DNA of 64,000 nt, from the NCBI GenBank assembly GCA_965219575.1, contig OZ244779.1, forward strand, positions 1,516,769-1,580,768, read 5' to 3'. The stretch comes from Candidatus Oxydemutatoraceae bacterium (lineage in GTDB: Bacteria; Pseudomonadota; Gammaproteobacteria; Poriferisulfidales; Oxydemutatoraceae). Below are positions 9,513-21,437 of the stretch, one piece after another; position 1 is the stretch's first letter; every line of letters starts with the position of its first letter. Under the pieces are notes generated by a model. It ran no database searches and had not been told where the DNA came from. It saw nothing but the letters and a program-made list of their open reading frames with translations. A program made the translations under genes and the position numbers.

Positions 9513-10345
9513 AATGCAATACCTAATTCGGCAAATGCGAGCGGTTGTAATAATCGATGCACTATCCGTATGTCGAAATGGCAAGTCTCCAAGTTGCGTA
9601 CCGGCCAGATTCGTATTAAGGCGTTGCAAAAAAATAACCCATCCGCTTCTAATATCGCTTGTCTGTCTATTTCGGTCTCAACCACCGTGATGTGGTGTTC
9701 GTTGCATTGCTCGATAATCCATTCTCGCATCACACCTTGAACACCACAGTTGGCTAAGCACGGCGTTATTAATGCCGAGTCTTTTACAATAAACAGGTTG
9801 CTCATCGTCCCTTCTATCGCGTTATTTTGATAATCAAACATAATGCCCTCGTGATATTCATCTTGCCATTCCATTCTTGCGATCACCTGCTCCAGTCGGC
9901 ATAAATGTTTGATTCGAGCCAATCTCGGATTATGGGCCAACCGTTGCTCGCAAAAACATGCCGTAATCCCCTCTTTGTATAAAATTTCCGAAAATGTCCG
10001 TCTCTCCTGGAATTGTACGACTCGGCAAGGTTCATCCGAGTTTTGTATGCGATAGCCCAATGCCTTTGAACCTCTCGTAATAACAATTTTTATAACACCA
10101 CACGGCTTTGCCTGTTTTGATAATAGAAATACTTCTTTTTCCAGTTCAGATATATTCTCAAATATAATTCCTAAGCTATTACATCCCCTTAATAATCTAT
10201 GCAAATGCTTCTGCCATAGGCAAGGTTTCCCGTTAATAACCGATACGGTTTCAAAAATACCGTCGCCGTAAGCAAGGCCTCTATCGGTAATGGGTAGATA
10301 ATCGGTAGATTGACCGTTGACTAAAGCTGAGGCTATATTCGGCAA
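9509..10345 (-). CDS. pabC: Aminodeoxychorismate lyase
   Basis: DRGLAYGDGIFET, IKHLCRLEQV, EGTMSNLF; canonical fabF-pabC-mltG order. Confidence 0.92.
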   Translation of the reverse strand: MPNIASALVNGQSTDYLPITDRGLAYGDGIFETVSVINGKPCLWQKHLHRLLRGCNSLGIIFENISELEKEVFLLSKQAKPCGVIKIVITRGSKALGYRIQNSDEPCRVVQFQERRTFSEILYKEGITACFCEQRLAHNPRLARIKHLCRLEQVIARMEWQDEYHEGIMFDYQNNAIEGTMSNLFIVKDSALITPCLANCGVQGVMREWIIEQCNEHHITVVETEIDRQAILEADGLFFCNALIRIWPVRNLETCHFDIRIVHRLLQPLAFAELGIAL

Positions 10346-10357
10346 GATTGGCTAGGT

Positions 10358-11599
10358 TTAGATTTTCCGAAATGCAAGCGATGCATTGGTTCCGCCGAAA
10401 CCGAAAGAATTGGATAATATGCAGTTAACCGCTGTTTCTCGGGCTTGTCCGGGAACATAGTCCAAATCGCATTCGGGATCGGGCGTTTCTATATTGATGG
10501 TCGGCGGCACTATCTGATCCCTCAATGTCAACACCGAAAACACCGCCTCTACACCTCCGGCCGCCCCCAGTAGATGACCGATCATCGATTTAACCGAACT
10601 GATTGCGATTTTGTTTGCATGTCCCTTAAAAACATTTTTGACTGCGTCGCTCTCTATTTTATCGCCTAGCGGTGTAGAGGTACCGTGTGCATTGAGACAA
10701 TCGACATCGTCGATATTCAGTGCGCCGTCTTTTAAGACATCGCGCATACAACGACCGGCTCCCTCGCCTTGCGGCGAGGGTTGGGTAATATGATAAGCAT
10801 CGCTCGATGCACTGTAGCCGATGAGTTCGCAATAGATATTCGCACCGCGGTTCACCGCATGTTCGTACTCCTCTAAGACGACGACACCGGCACCGTCACC
10901 CAATACAAAGCCGTCGCGGTTTAGATCCCACGGTCGGCTCGCTTTTTCCGGTGTGTCGTTGTGCGATGCGCTCAACGCGCGAGCCGCCGCAAACCCACCG
11001 ATACCTAGCGCAGTGCTCGCTTTCTCGCTGCCTCCGGCAATCATTACATCGGCACCGTCGGCAGCGATAATACGAGCAGCTTCACCGATATTGTGGGTTC
11101 CGGTCGCGCAAGCGGAAACTATCGAATAGTTGATTCCCTTAAAGCCGTATTTGATGGATAAGTTCCCGGATACCATATTGATAATACTCCCGGGAATAAA
11201 AAAGGGCGATAATTTAGCACTGCCTTTATCCTTCAATACATCGTGTTGTTTTTCAATCAAGGGCAAGCCGCCGATACCCGAACCGACCATGACACCAATG
11301 CGATGTGCCTCGGCTTCGTCGACAACGATACCGGAGTCGGCAATTGCCTGACTGCCGGCAGCGATACCGTAATGTATAAATTCATCGCATCGTCTCTGCT
11401 CTTTGGGAGATAAATAATCGTCGGCATTGAATCCTCTCACCAGACCGGCGATGCGCACCGAAATATCGGTATTTTCAAGTTCGGGGACTATGCAAATACC
11501 GCTCTCTCCCGCCAGTATCGCTTGCCAAGCACTCTCTATATCGCTCCCTAGAGGGCATACGATGCCGAGTCCGGTTACTACGGTTCTTCTACCTTTCAA
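10358..11599 (-). CDS. fabF: 3-oxoacyl-ACP synthase II
   Basis: VVTGLG, SACATG, NAHGTST, GHLLGAAG, NSFGFGGTN. Confidence 0.96.
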   Translation of the reverse strand: MKGRRTVVTGLGIVCPLGSDIESAWQAILAGESGICIVPELENTDISVRIAGLVRGFNADDYLSPKEQRRCDEFIHYGIAAGSQAIADSGIVVDEAEAHRIGVMVGSGIGGLPLIEKQHDVLKDKGSAKLSPFFIPGSIINMVSGNLSIKYGFKGINYSIVSACATGTHNIGEAARIIAADGADVMIAGGSEKASTALGIGGFAAARALSASHNDTPEKASRPWDLNRDGFVLGDGAGVVVLEEYEHAVNRGANIYCELIGYSASSDAYHITQPSPQGEGAGRCMRDVLKDGALNIDDVDCLNAHGTSTPLGDKIESDAVKNVFKGHANKIAISSVKSMIGHLLGAAGGVEAVFSVLTLRDQIVPPTINIETPDPECDLDYVPGQARETAVNCILSNSFGFGGTNASLAFRKI

Positions 11600-11620
11600 G
11601 GTATCACTCCCGAATCTATA

Positions 11621-11854
11621 TCAAGAATTATTTTTGATATAGTCTATGGCCTGCTTGACCGTCGTGATTTTTTCGGCTTCTTCGTCCGGAATAGCACACT
11701 CGAATTCCTCTTCGAGTGCCATTACCAATTCAACGGTATCGAGCGAGTCTGCATTCAAATCGTTGACGAAAGAGGCATCGTCGGTCACCTTATCTTCGGT
11801 TACGCTGAGTTGTTCCGCTACAATTTTTCGGACTCTAGATTCTATATCTTCCAT
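11621..11854 (-). CDS. acpP: Acyl carrier protein
   Basis: [16 protein letters not shown]. Confidence 0.98.
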   Translation of the reverse strand: MEDIESRVRKIVAEQLSVTEDKVTDDASFVNDLNADSLDTVELVMALEEEFECAIPDEEAEKITTVKQAIDYIKNNS

Positions 11855-11887
11855 TATGTTCTCCTTTTAAGTTTGTAAAAAATAGTT

Positions 11888-12631
11888 TCAGGACATATAC
11901 ATGCCGCCGTTAATATGAATAGTCTCTCCGGTAATATATCCGGCATTTTCGGAAATTAAGAAGCGGGTTAAATATCCGATCTCGCTCGGCATGCCGAAAC
12001 GCCGCAAAGGGATAGTTTCCAGTAATCTAAGGCGTTGTTCCTCGGCAAGCGGTGCGGTCATATCGGTTTCTATAAAGCCGGGGGCGATATTGTTCACCGT
12101 GATGTTGCGAGGAGCCAACTCTCTCGCCAGGCTCTTGGTCAAACCCAGTGCACCGGCTTTTGCCGCAGCATAATTGGATTGTCCGGCATTTCCGGTGGCT
12201 GCGATCACCGAAGTGATATTGATAATCCTACCCCACTTTTTTTTCATCATCTGCTTGACAAAGGCTTTGCTGATTCTATAAAGCGAGGTTAAATTGGTAG
12301 TAATTACATCTTGCCAATCTTCGTATGTCATTCTAAGCAAAAGATTATCACGGGTAATGCCGGCGTTATTGACGATAATGTCCGGTAATTTATCTTGCTT
12401 TTTAAGATAGTCGGCTATTTGCTCGATCGAGTCGTGTTTGTCTACTCGTAATATCAAGCCCGCGCCTTTAACATCATTGCTTTTTAGTTTTTCCGATATG
12501 GCTGCGGCCCCTTTATCGCTGGTTGCGGTACCGTAAATCTCCAGCTTATCGATCATCAGGCTGTCTAAAATGGCAGCACCTATACCGCGTGAGGCACCGG
12601 TAATCAAAACGGTTTTAGAGGGCTCTATCAT
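11888..12631 (-). CDS. fabG: 3-oxoacyl-ACP reductase
   Basis: TGASRGIG, NNAGITRD, YAAAKAG. Confidence 0.96.
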   Translation of the reverse strand: MIEPSKTVLITGASRGIGAAILDSLMIDKLEIYGTATSDKGAAAISEKLKSNDVKGAGLILRVDKHDSIEQIADYLKKQDKLPDIIVNNAGITRDNLLLRMTYEDWQDVITTNLTSLYRISKAFVKQMMKKKWGRIINITSVIAATGNAGQSNYAAAKAGALGLTKSLARELAPRNITVNNIAPGFIETDMTAPLAEEQRLRLLETIPLRRFGMPSEIGYLTRFLISENAGYITGETIHINGGMYMS

Positions 12632-13572
12632 GCTATAAATTCTTCCAGTGCGTAGTTGAGGCTCTTGATATCGTTAACACTATAAGTCGTAAAACTTTTA
12701 TCTATGCGCTTGATTAAAGACGATAGCACTCGTCCGGGACCTATTTCTACATAATGTTCTATACCGTTTGCCGAGATGTTCTGTATGGTATCGACCCACC
12801 TCACCGGCATGTATAACTGCTTAATCAATGCATCCAGTATATGCCGGGGACTGTCATGGGATTGCGCGTCGCAGTTATGGACAATCTTAACTTTGGGTGT
12901 TTTGATTTTCACTTTCTTAAGTTCTTCGGAGAATTTTTCCGCAACTTCTCTCATGACCGAGCAATGCGAAGCCACCTTGACCGGAAGTAAAATACATTTA
13001 CTGGCACCTTTGGATTTGGCTTCTTCGAGTGCTTTATTCACTTGCGCTTTTTTTCCTGCGATTACGGTTTGCAAAGGTGCATTAAAATTGACGGCTTCCA
13101 CCCTATCACATTCGGTAGATATTTTCTCACACAACTCAACGATTACATCCTTCTCCAAACCTATGATGGCTGCCATAGAACCTTTAGAGCCGAGCGGCGA
13201 GTTTTGCATAAATTCGGCTCGCTTCGAAACCAAATGTAATGCCGACTTAAACGATAAAGAATTACCACAAACCAAAGCACTGTATTCGCCTAAACTGTGC
13301 CCGGCCATTACCGTCGGCATATGGTTGGTGGAATTCGTCCAAATTCGCCATACCGCAACGCTGGCGGTTAGCATAATCGGTTGCGTATTGGTAGTGTGAT
13401 TCAACTCTTCGGCGGTTCCTTTAACAAGTAGTTTATAAAGATCGTGCGATAGTATATCGGACGCTTCCTTAAAAGTAGTCCGTACCTCTTTATACTTGGA
13501 GGCTAATTCTTTTAGCATGTTGATACTTTGAGAGCCCTGTCCCGGAAAGACAAAAGCGGTTTCAGCAGACAT
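12628..13572 (-). CDS. fabD: Malonyl-CoA:ACP transacylase
   Basis: FPGQGSQ, GHSLGEYSAL, EIGPG. Confidence 0.96.
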   Translation of the reverse strand: MSAETAFVFPGQGSQSINMLKELASKYKEVRTTFKEASDILSHDLYKLLVKGTAEELNHTTNTQPIMLTASVAVWRIWTNSTNHMPTVMAGHSLGEYSALVCGNSLSFKSALHLVSKRAEFMQNSPLGSKGSMAAIIGLEKDVIVELCEKISTECDRVEAVNFNAPLQTVIAGKKAQVNKALEEAKSKGASKCILLPVKVASHCSVMREVAEKFSEELKKVKIKTPKVKIVHNCDAQSHDSPRHILDALIKQLYMPVRWVDTIQNISANGIEHYVEIGPGRVLSSLIKRIDKSFTTYSVNDIKSLNYALEEFIA

Positions 13573-13673
13573 GTTTAAACTTCTCGAGTTTTTTCATATA
13601 GGTTTACGCAAAAATAATTTTCTATATAATATACGATTTATGTTTGTAGCAACCGAATTAAAATTTATAATTT

Positions 13674-13892
13674 ATGCCCAAGGAACAAATTTTTGAAATC
13701 GACGGCGTTGTCACAGAGGTACTGCCGAATACCGTTTTCAGGGTCAAACTTGAAAACGGACACATCGTCACCGCCCATATATCCGGTCGTATGCGCAAGC
13801 ATTATATACGCATATTAGCCGGCGATAAAGTAACAGTTGAGATGACACCCTACGACCTAACACGCGGTAGAATTATATACAGGGAAAAGTGA
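13674..13892 (+). CDS. infA: Translation initiation factor IF-1
   Basis: [14 protein letters not shown]…[12 protein letters not shown]…PYDLTRGRI. Confidence 0.98.
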   Translation: MPKEQIFEIDGVVTEVLPNTVFRVKLENGHIVTAHISGRMRKHYIRILAGDKVTVEMTPYDLTRGRIIYREK

Positions 13893-13897
13893 TGCTT

Positions 13898-16147
13898 TCA
13901 ACATTTGATCGGTTTCTTTTTGGGTGCTTTTATATCGAATAGTATCTCTTTCCCTTTCAGTGTATAAGATAATTCTCCACCTTTTTTTAATTTCCCGAAT
14001 AATATTTCGTCCGATATAGGCTTTTTGAGTTTATCCTCTATTAAGCGGTGTATAGGACGCGCACCCATCGTTTCGTTATACCCGTTATCGGCAAGCCATG
14101 CGCGTACTTTTTTATCTACGTCGAGCACGATGTTATGGCTCTCGAGTTGTGCTTGAAATTGGGTCAGGGCTTTGTCTACAACCGACAACACGATTTCCCT
14201 GTCCAATGAATTGAAGCGGACGATTGCACTCAGTCGGTTGCGAAATTCGGGGGTGAATACGCGGTTGATGGTTTCCATCCCGTCGAGTTTTCTGTCGCGT
14301 TCGGTAAAACCCATATTGCCTTGCATAATTTCGTCGGCACCGGCATTCGTAGTCATGATGATTATGGTGTTCCTAAAATCTATTTTGCGACCGTTGGTAT
14401 CGGTTAGCATACCGTAGTCCATCACTTGCAACAGTAAAGCCGAGACATCCGGATGTGCTTTCTCCATCTCATCGAGTAGTACGACCGCCTGAGGGTTTTT
14501 CAGTACGGAATCGGTGAGCAACCCGCCCTGGTCGTAGCCGACATAACCCGGCGGCGCGCCGATAAGTCTCGACACCGTATGCCTTTCCATGTATTCGGAC
14601 ATATCGAAGCGCAATAGCTTTTTGTCGAAATTTAATGCCAACTGTTTAGCGAGCTCGGTTTTGCCTACTCCGGTAGGTCCGGCAAATAAAAATGCACCTA
14701 TAGGTTTATCTTTTTCTTTCATACCGATACGAGATAATTTGATAGATGTCACTACTTGTTCCACGGCTTCGGACTGACCGAAAATGACCATCTTAAGGTT
14801 ACGCTCCAAGTTTTGTAATCCTTGCATATCGCCGGCCGATATACTCTTCGTGGGGATGCGTGCAATTTGGGCAATAATCTCTTCGATGTCTTTGGAGCGC
14901 ACCGATTTGCGCTCGTCGGCAACCGCCGATATTCGCGCCCGTGCACCGGCTTCGTCGACGACATCGATTGCTTTATCGGGTAATCGACGCTCGTGTATGT
15001 AGCGCGATGCGAGTTTGCTGGCCGTATCTAAACTCTGCTTGGAATAACGAACCTTATGGAAATCCTCAAAACCTTGTTTCAAGCCCAGCAGTATTTTGTA
15101 TGTCTCTTGAGTTGTGGGTTCCTTAACATCTATTTTTTGAAAACGGCGCGCCAGCGCATGATCTTTCTCGAATATATTACGGTATTCTTGATAGGTGGTA
15201 GAGCCTATACATTTGAAATGATTGGCCAGTAGCTGCGGTTTTATCAAGTTCGAAGCATCCAAAACACTACCGGAGGCGGAACCGGTACCGATTAGGGTAT
15301 GGATTTCATCTATGAAGAGTATCGCATGTTTTTCTTTCTCCAGTTGCTTAAATACCGTTTTTAAGCGTTTTTCAAAATCGCCTCGGTATTTGGTACCGGC
15401 AATCAAGCTCCCCAAATCCAGAGAAAATACGACCGCGTCCTGCAGTATCTTGGGTACTTTATTAGCCACTATTCTGGAGGCAAATCCTTCCGCCAACGCA
15501 GTCTTTCCGACACCTGCTTCACCCACATAAAGCGGGTTATTCTTGGATTTGCGGCACAGTATTTGTACAGTTCTCTCTATCTCGGTCTCGCGACCGATCA
15601 GCGGATCGATTTTACCCGCTTGTGCTTTTTTGTTTAAGTTCTCGGCATAATCTTCCAACGACGCCGCTTTTTGTGAAGTTTCGGTATCGTTCGCATATTC
15701 GTATTGAGAAATATCGTCTTTTCTTATGTTATGCGCTATGTAGTTGACGATATCCAATCTTTCTATATCGTAGTGAGATAGAAAATAAACCGATTGGGAT
15801 TCCTGTTCCTCGAACAACGCAGCTAATACATTTCTACCTTTGATTTTTTCTTCCACAGGCATCGCTTGATTGCGAAAAATAGCACGTTGCAAGGTACGTT
15901 GAAAGCCTAAGGTGGGACGCGTATCATCACCCTTGACATTGAATTTAGGTGTTGTTTTTTCTATATGTCCGATCAACTTCTGCGATAACTCTTCTAAATC
16001 GGCACCGCACGCTTCCAATACTTCGGCGGCATCGGGATTGTCTATCAACCCCCAGAGTAAATGCTCGGTTGTCACGTATTCATGACGGTGCGAACGAGCA
16101 AAATCAAATACACCGGCTAAAGTCTCTTCCAATTCTTTATCGAACAT
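13898..16147 (-). CDS. clpA: ATP-dependent Clp protease ATP-binding subunit ClpA
   Basis: Two AAA modules (GEAGVGKT, GPTGVGKT); start MFDKELE overlaps the clpS stop (TGATG). Confidence 0.96.
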   Translation of the reverse strand: MFDKELEETLAGVFDFARSHRHEYVTTEHLLWGLIDNPDAAEVLEACGADLEELSQKLIGHIEKTTPKFNVKGDDTRPTLGFQRTLQRAIFRNQAMPVEEKIKGRNVLAALFEEQESQSVYFLSHYDIERLDIVNYIAHNIRKDDISQYEYANDTETSQKAASLEDYAENLNKKAQAGKIDPLIGRETEIERTVQILCRKSKNNPLYVGEAGVGKTALAEGFASRIVANKVPKILQDAVVFSLDLGSLIAGTKYRGDFEKRLKTVFKQLEKEKHAILFIDEIHTLIGTGSASGSVLDASNLIKPQLLANHFKCIGSTTYQEYRNIFEKDHALARRFQKIDVKEPTTQETYKILLGLKQGFEDFHKVRYSKQSLDTASKLASRYIHERRLPDKAIDVVDEAGARARISAVADERKSVRSKDIEEIIAQIARIPTKSISAGDMQGLQNLERNLKMVIFGQSEAVEQVVTSIKLSRIGMKEKDKPIGAFLFAGPTGVGKTELAKQLALNFDKKLLRFDMSEYMERHTVSRLIGAPPGYVGYDQGGLLTDSVLKNPQAVVLLDEMEKAHPDVSALLLQVMDYGMLTDTNGRKIDFRNTIIIMTTNAGADEIMQGNMGFTERDRKLDGMETINRVFTPEFRNRLSAIVRFNSLDREIVLSVVDKALTQFQAQLESHNIVLDVDKKVRAWLADNGYNETMGARPIHRLIEDKLKKPISDEILFGKLKKGGELSYTLKGKEILFDIKAPKKKPIKC

Positions 16148-16497
16148 CAGTTCTCCTCCATAACACATAGCAAAGGATGTTTATGCTCTCTAGAGTATCT
16201 ATTCACATCGGCAACTTTAGTCTCCGCTATGTCTTTAGTATAAATACCGCATACACCTTTGCCGCGAGTGTGAATCTGCAACATCAAGCGCGTTGCATCC
16301 TCGGTATTCATCCTAAAAAAGTTAATCAATATATAAACCACAAACTCCATCGGTGTAAAATCATCGTTCAGTAATATCACTTTATAAAGAGGCGGTTGTT
16401 TAATTTTAAGTTTTCGTTTCCTTTTTGCAATAGTGCGAACTGTCTTTTCCTTTACCGAATTATCCGAAGTAGCTTGCGGATGTTTTATATAACCCAT
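16147..16497 (-). CDS. clpS: ClpAP adaptor ClpS
   Basis: [19 protein letters not shown]…HPLLC. Confidence 0.96.
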   Translation of the reverse strand: MGYIKHPQATSDNSVKEKTVRTIAKRKRKLKIKQPPLYKVILLNDDFTPMEFVVYILINFFRMNTEDATRLMLQIHTRGKGVCGIYTKDIAETKVADVNRYSREHKHPLLCVMEEN

Positions 16498-16731
16498 TCA
16501 CCCTCCTATTATCACAATAAGAAATCTAGTTCCGTCGGTCGAATTAATTCTATCCATAACCGTATAAAATATACTCTACGATTTCCGATTATAAAGTGTA
16601 CACATCATCAAAATAAAGTTCAATATGGGGATAGAGATTTCGTGTATAGCTTCGGTTGACATATATAAGAAGTAAATGACTCTGCAATATTCGGTTCGTA
16701 ATTAGTATAGCATGACCTCAATATACGCAAT

Positions 16732-17829
16732 ATGAAAAATTTTATCGATACTAAAAAGATCATCGTCGGCTTATCGGGTGGTGTAGATTCGGCAGTGGGT
16801 GCCCTGCTTCTACAACAACAAGGTTGGTGTGTGGAAGCATTATTTATGAAAAATTGGGAAGAAGAAGACGACGAACACTGTGCGGCAGCGGAGGATTTGG
16901 TACAAGTACGACACATCACCGACATTCTAGACATACCCCTACATACCGTCAATTTCGCCGCCGAGTATTGGGACTCGGTATTCACTTATTTTCTAGACGA
17001 ATATCGCGCCGGACGCACACCCAACCCGGATATAGCATGTAATAAAGAAATCAAATTTAAGGCGTTCATAGACTATGCGCATACATTCGGTGCAACATAC
17101 ATTGCAATGGGACATTACGCCGAGGTGCAACATAACGATAATAATCATCGCTTGTTGCGAGCCAAGGATCAAAGCAAAGATCAGACTTATTTTCTTTATA
17201 CTCTAAGCCGAGAGCAGTTGTCCCACGCCATATTTCCTCTTGCAAACCTGCATAAGTCCGAGGTACGAAAAATCGCAAAACAACATAACTTCCCATGCCA
17301 CGATAGAAAAGACAGCACCGGTATTTGCTTTATAGGAGAACGCAATTTTGCTCGTTTCTTGGCTCGTTATATTCCTGCCGAAGCGGGTGACATTCTAGAT
17401 ACGGACGGCAATAGACTCGGCCGTCATAAAGGTTGCTGGCAGGCAACGATAGGTCAACGACACGGGTTGGGAATCGGTGGTGTTAAAGGCGGAAACGGCG
17501 GCGCGTGGTATGTAGTAGCCAAAGATACCGATCGTAATACATTGACCGTCGTGCAGAATAAAAATCACCCTTTATTATTCCGCTCCGAGATTGATATCGC
17601 CGATATCAATTGGATAAACGATGCGCCACAAGAAGACGAATGCTTGGAATGCAGAATACGGCACGGGCAGGTATTACAAAAGTGCCGAATACACTTCGGT
17701 GAAAATAAATCGTATCTATCGATACATTTCGAGCAACCACAACGCGCAGTTGCAACGGGGCAATCGGCAGTGCTTTACCGAGGGCGAGAATGCATAGGTG
17801 GCGGTATTATCTATAGAGCTAGGACATAA
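16732..17829 (+). CDS. mnmA: tRNA 2-thiouridylase
   Basis: SGGVDS, TPNPDIACN, KDQTYFL, KDSTGICFIG. Confidence 0.96.
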   Translation: MKNFIDTKKIIVGLSGGVDSAVGALLLQQQGWCVEALFMKNWEEEDDEHCAAAEDLVQVRHITDILDIPLHTVNFAAEYWDSVFTYFLDEYRAGRTPNPDIACNKEIKFKAFIDYAHTFGATYIAMGHYAEVQHNDNNHRLLRAKDQSKDQTYFLYTLSREQLSHAIFPLANLHKSEVRKIAKQHNFPCHDRKDSTGICFIGERNFARFLARYIPAEAGDILDTDGNRLGRHKGCWQATIGQRHGLGIGGVKGGNGGAWYVVAKDTDRNTLTVVQNKNHPLLFRSEIDIADINWINDAPQEDECLECRIRHGQVLQKCRIHFGENKSYLSIHFEQPQRAVATGQSAVLYRGRECIGGGIIYRART

Positions 17830-19150
17830 AGCCGGCCGGCATTTTGGCGAGTTTGGGAGACTTGCCGAGCTTTTTTGCCGCTTTTTGCATTTGTTGGTGT
17901 TGCTTTAAGACGCGGTTAATATCTTGTATCGCCGTCCCCGAACCTGCCGCAATCCGTTTTTTACGAGAACCGTTGAGACGCTCGGGGTGTTCGCGCTCGA
18001 AAGGTGTCATCGAATCGATTACTGCGACACTGGCTTTTAATTGAGTTTCTTGTGTTGCCGATTTAAGCATTGCATTTTTTCTCATTGCAGCCGGCAGTTT
18101 ATCCAGCATCGCCGAAACACCGCCCATATTTTTTATTTGCCCGATCTGATCTTTCACGTCGTTTAAGTCGAATTTGGCACGCCTCACCTTAGCGGCGAGT
18201 TTTTCGGCATCTTTTTTGTCGGTCTTTTGTTCGATGTCTTTGAGCAAGCTCTCTATCTCACCCAAGCCCAGAATACGCGCAGCAATGCGATCGGGATCGA
18301 AAATTTCCAGCTGATCTAATTTTTCTCCGGTACCTATTAATTTAATCGGTTTGCCGGTGACCATCTTGGCGGATAATGCGGCACCGCCGCGACTATCGCC
18401 GTCGGCTTTGGTCAATACAATGCCGGTTAACGGTATACGCTCGGAAAACGCCTTTGCCGAATTAACCGCGTCTTGTCCGCTCATACTATCTACTGCGAGT
18501 AAAACCTCGTTAGTCGGCACCGAGTCATGAATACGATGTATCTCATCCATCATTCCGGTATCTACATGCAATCGCCCGGCGGTATCGATGATCAAAACAT
18601 CGAATAATTCTCTGGAAGCTCTCTCGTATGCTTGTTTTGCGATTTCATCGGGTCGGAGTTCCGACGGTGTCGGATAGCACGATGCCTTAGTTTGTCGACA
18701 CAGCACTTTGAGTTGCTCGACCGCAGCCGGACGATGTACATCGCAACTGACCATCGCCACCATTTTTTTTTGTTTTTCTAAATGGCGCGCCAGTTTAACT
18801 GCAGTGGTTGTTTTACCCACACCTTGCAGACCTACCATCAATAGGGTTACAGGTGGTTTGGCTTTGAGTTTAAGTTCGATGTCGGAATCGGCGATTAAGG
18901 CGACAAGCTCGTCTTTGATCAGACGGGTTAATAATTGTCCGGGATTTATGTCTTTTTGGATACGAATATCAACCGCTTTGCTTCGTATCGCATCGCTGAA
19001 TTTATCTACGACAAAAAGTGCAACATCGGCTTCTATCAATGCCGTTTTAATCTCGGCCAAGGCATTGTCGATATGTTCGGCACTCAGATATTTGTAGCCT
19101 TGAAGGCGATTTACGATGGCACCGAATTGATTACTAAGTTGCTCAAACAT
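17819..19150 (-). CDS. ffh: Signal recognition particle protein
   Basis: GLQGVGKTT, DTAGR, TKADGDSRGGAALS, SRKKRIAAGSG. Confidence 0.96.
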   Translation of the reverse strand: MFEQLSNQFGAIVNRLQGYKYLSAEHIDNALAEIKTALIEADVALFVVDKFSDAIRSKAVDIRIQKDINPGQLLTRLIKDELVALIADSDIELKLKAKPPVTLLMVGLQGVGKTTTAVKLARHLEKQKKMVAMVSCDVHRPAAVEQLKVLCRQTKASCYPTPSELRPDEIAKQAYERASRELFDVLIIDTAGRLHVDTGMMDEIHRIHDSVPTNEVLLAVDSMSGQDAVNSAKAFSERIPLTGIVLTKADGDSRGGAALSAKMVTGKPIKLIGTGEKLDQLEIFDPDRIAARILGLGEIESLLKDIEQKTDKKDAEKLAAKVRRAKFDLNDVKDQIGQIKNMGGVSAMLDKLPAAMRKNAMLKSATQETQLKASVAVIDSMTPFEREHPERLNGSRKKRIAAGSGTAIQDINRVLKQHQQMQKAAKKLGKSPKLAKMPAGFMS

Positions 19151-19152
19151 GT

Positions 19153-19440
19153 GGGATTGTTGAAAAAGTATCCACGAACCGTAGGGGCGGACATCATAAC
19201 TGCCGATTGACCTACCGGCTCAATCGGCGGCCTTATCCTGCCCGTAACGCATCGGCCGTCACGATTTATGCATTCATCCATCCAATTTATGGAAACCAAA
19301 ACTAAATGGCGCAAGCGGTTACGGTTGTTCCGGACAGTACTTAAGGGTAGACATGCAAGTCTGCCCCTACAGGTGGTTTGCGTAATTGGGTGGCGTAAGC
19401 GGTTGGATTTTTGCGCTGCCAATACTTTTTCAACAGCTCC
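19153..19440 (+). mobile_element. MITE copy 2, 4-bp target duplication ATGT, with nested 41-bp palindrome
   Basis: GGGATTGTTGAAAAAGTAT…ATACTTTTTCAACAGCTCC; ATGT at 19149-19152 and 19441-19444; body collinear with copy 1. Confidence 0.85.
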
Positions 19441-19563
19441 ATGTGTGCCGCACCTACGGATTAAATCGGTGATTCTATTTTTCAATATTGCCATATCTTC
19501 CAACTTGAGGCATGCCATTAAATTAGGATGAATGAATGTATTGTGTGCTAGTCCGTCGCGTTC

Positions 19564-19589
19564 GGGCGGACATATAAGTCCGCCCCTAC
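19564..19589 (-). repeat. Solitary GTAG-type REP-like hairpin
   Basis: GGGCGACATATAAGTCCGCCCCTAC, the same hairpin as inside the MITEs, just downstream of the 16S 3' end. Confidence 0.6.
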
Positions 19590-19644
19590 AGTAGCAGATA
19601 ATTCTTAAAAGATTTGTGAGGACACTCGCATCGAGCAGATACTC

Positions 19645-21189
<1,545 letters not shown>

Positions 21190-21290
21190 AAATTTAAAAC
21201 TTTCGAGTTTTTGCCGGATTTTGCCGAAGCTCTATCCGAGCAAAATGGGTTTAATCGACTCAACGCAAGCGCCCACACAAATCTTCTATG

Positions 21291-21357
21291 CTATTTTTAA
21301 AAGAACATTAAAATATATAAGCTGTGCATTATACAATGATATTGTTATAAAATGCAA
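21291..21357 (-). promoter_or_regulatory. rRNA promoter and boxA-like element
   Basis: Minus strand TTGCAT (21357-21352), 18 nt, TATAAT (21333-21328), then boxA-like TGTTCTTTTAAAAA. Confidence 0.6.
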
Positions 21358-21437
21358 GCGGAAAACGGCAATTCTACATTGCCGTTTAAACAATTTAGCA
21401 TGTAAAACTCTGGTTATTGATAGTTGCTCGTATAAAT

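Noticed and set aside
2240-19440. Inversion produced by recombination between MITE copies 1 and 2
   Set aside because: The copies are in direct orientation and each keeps its own matched 4-bp duplication.
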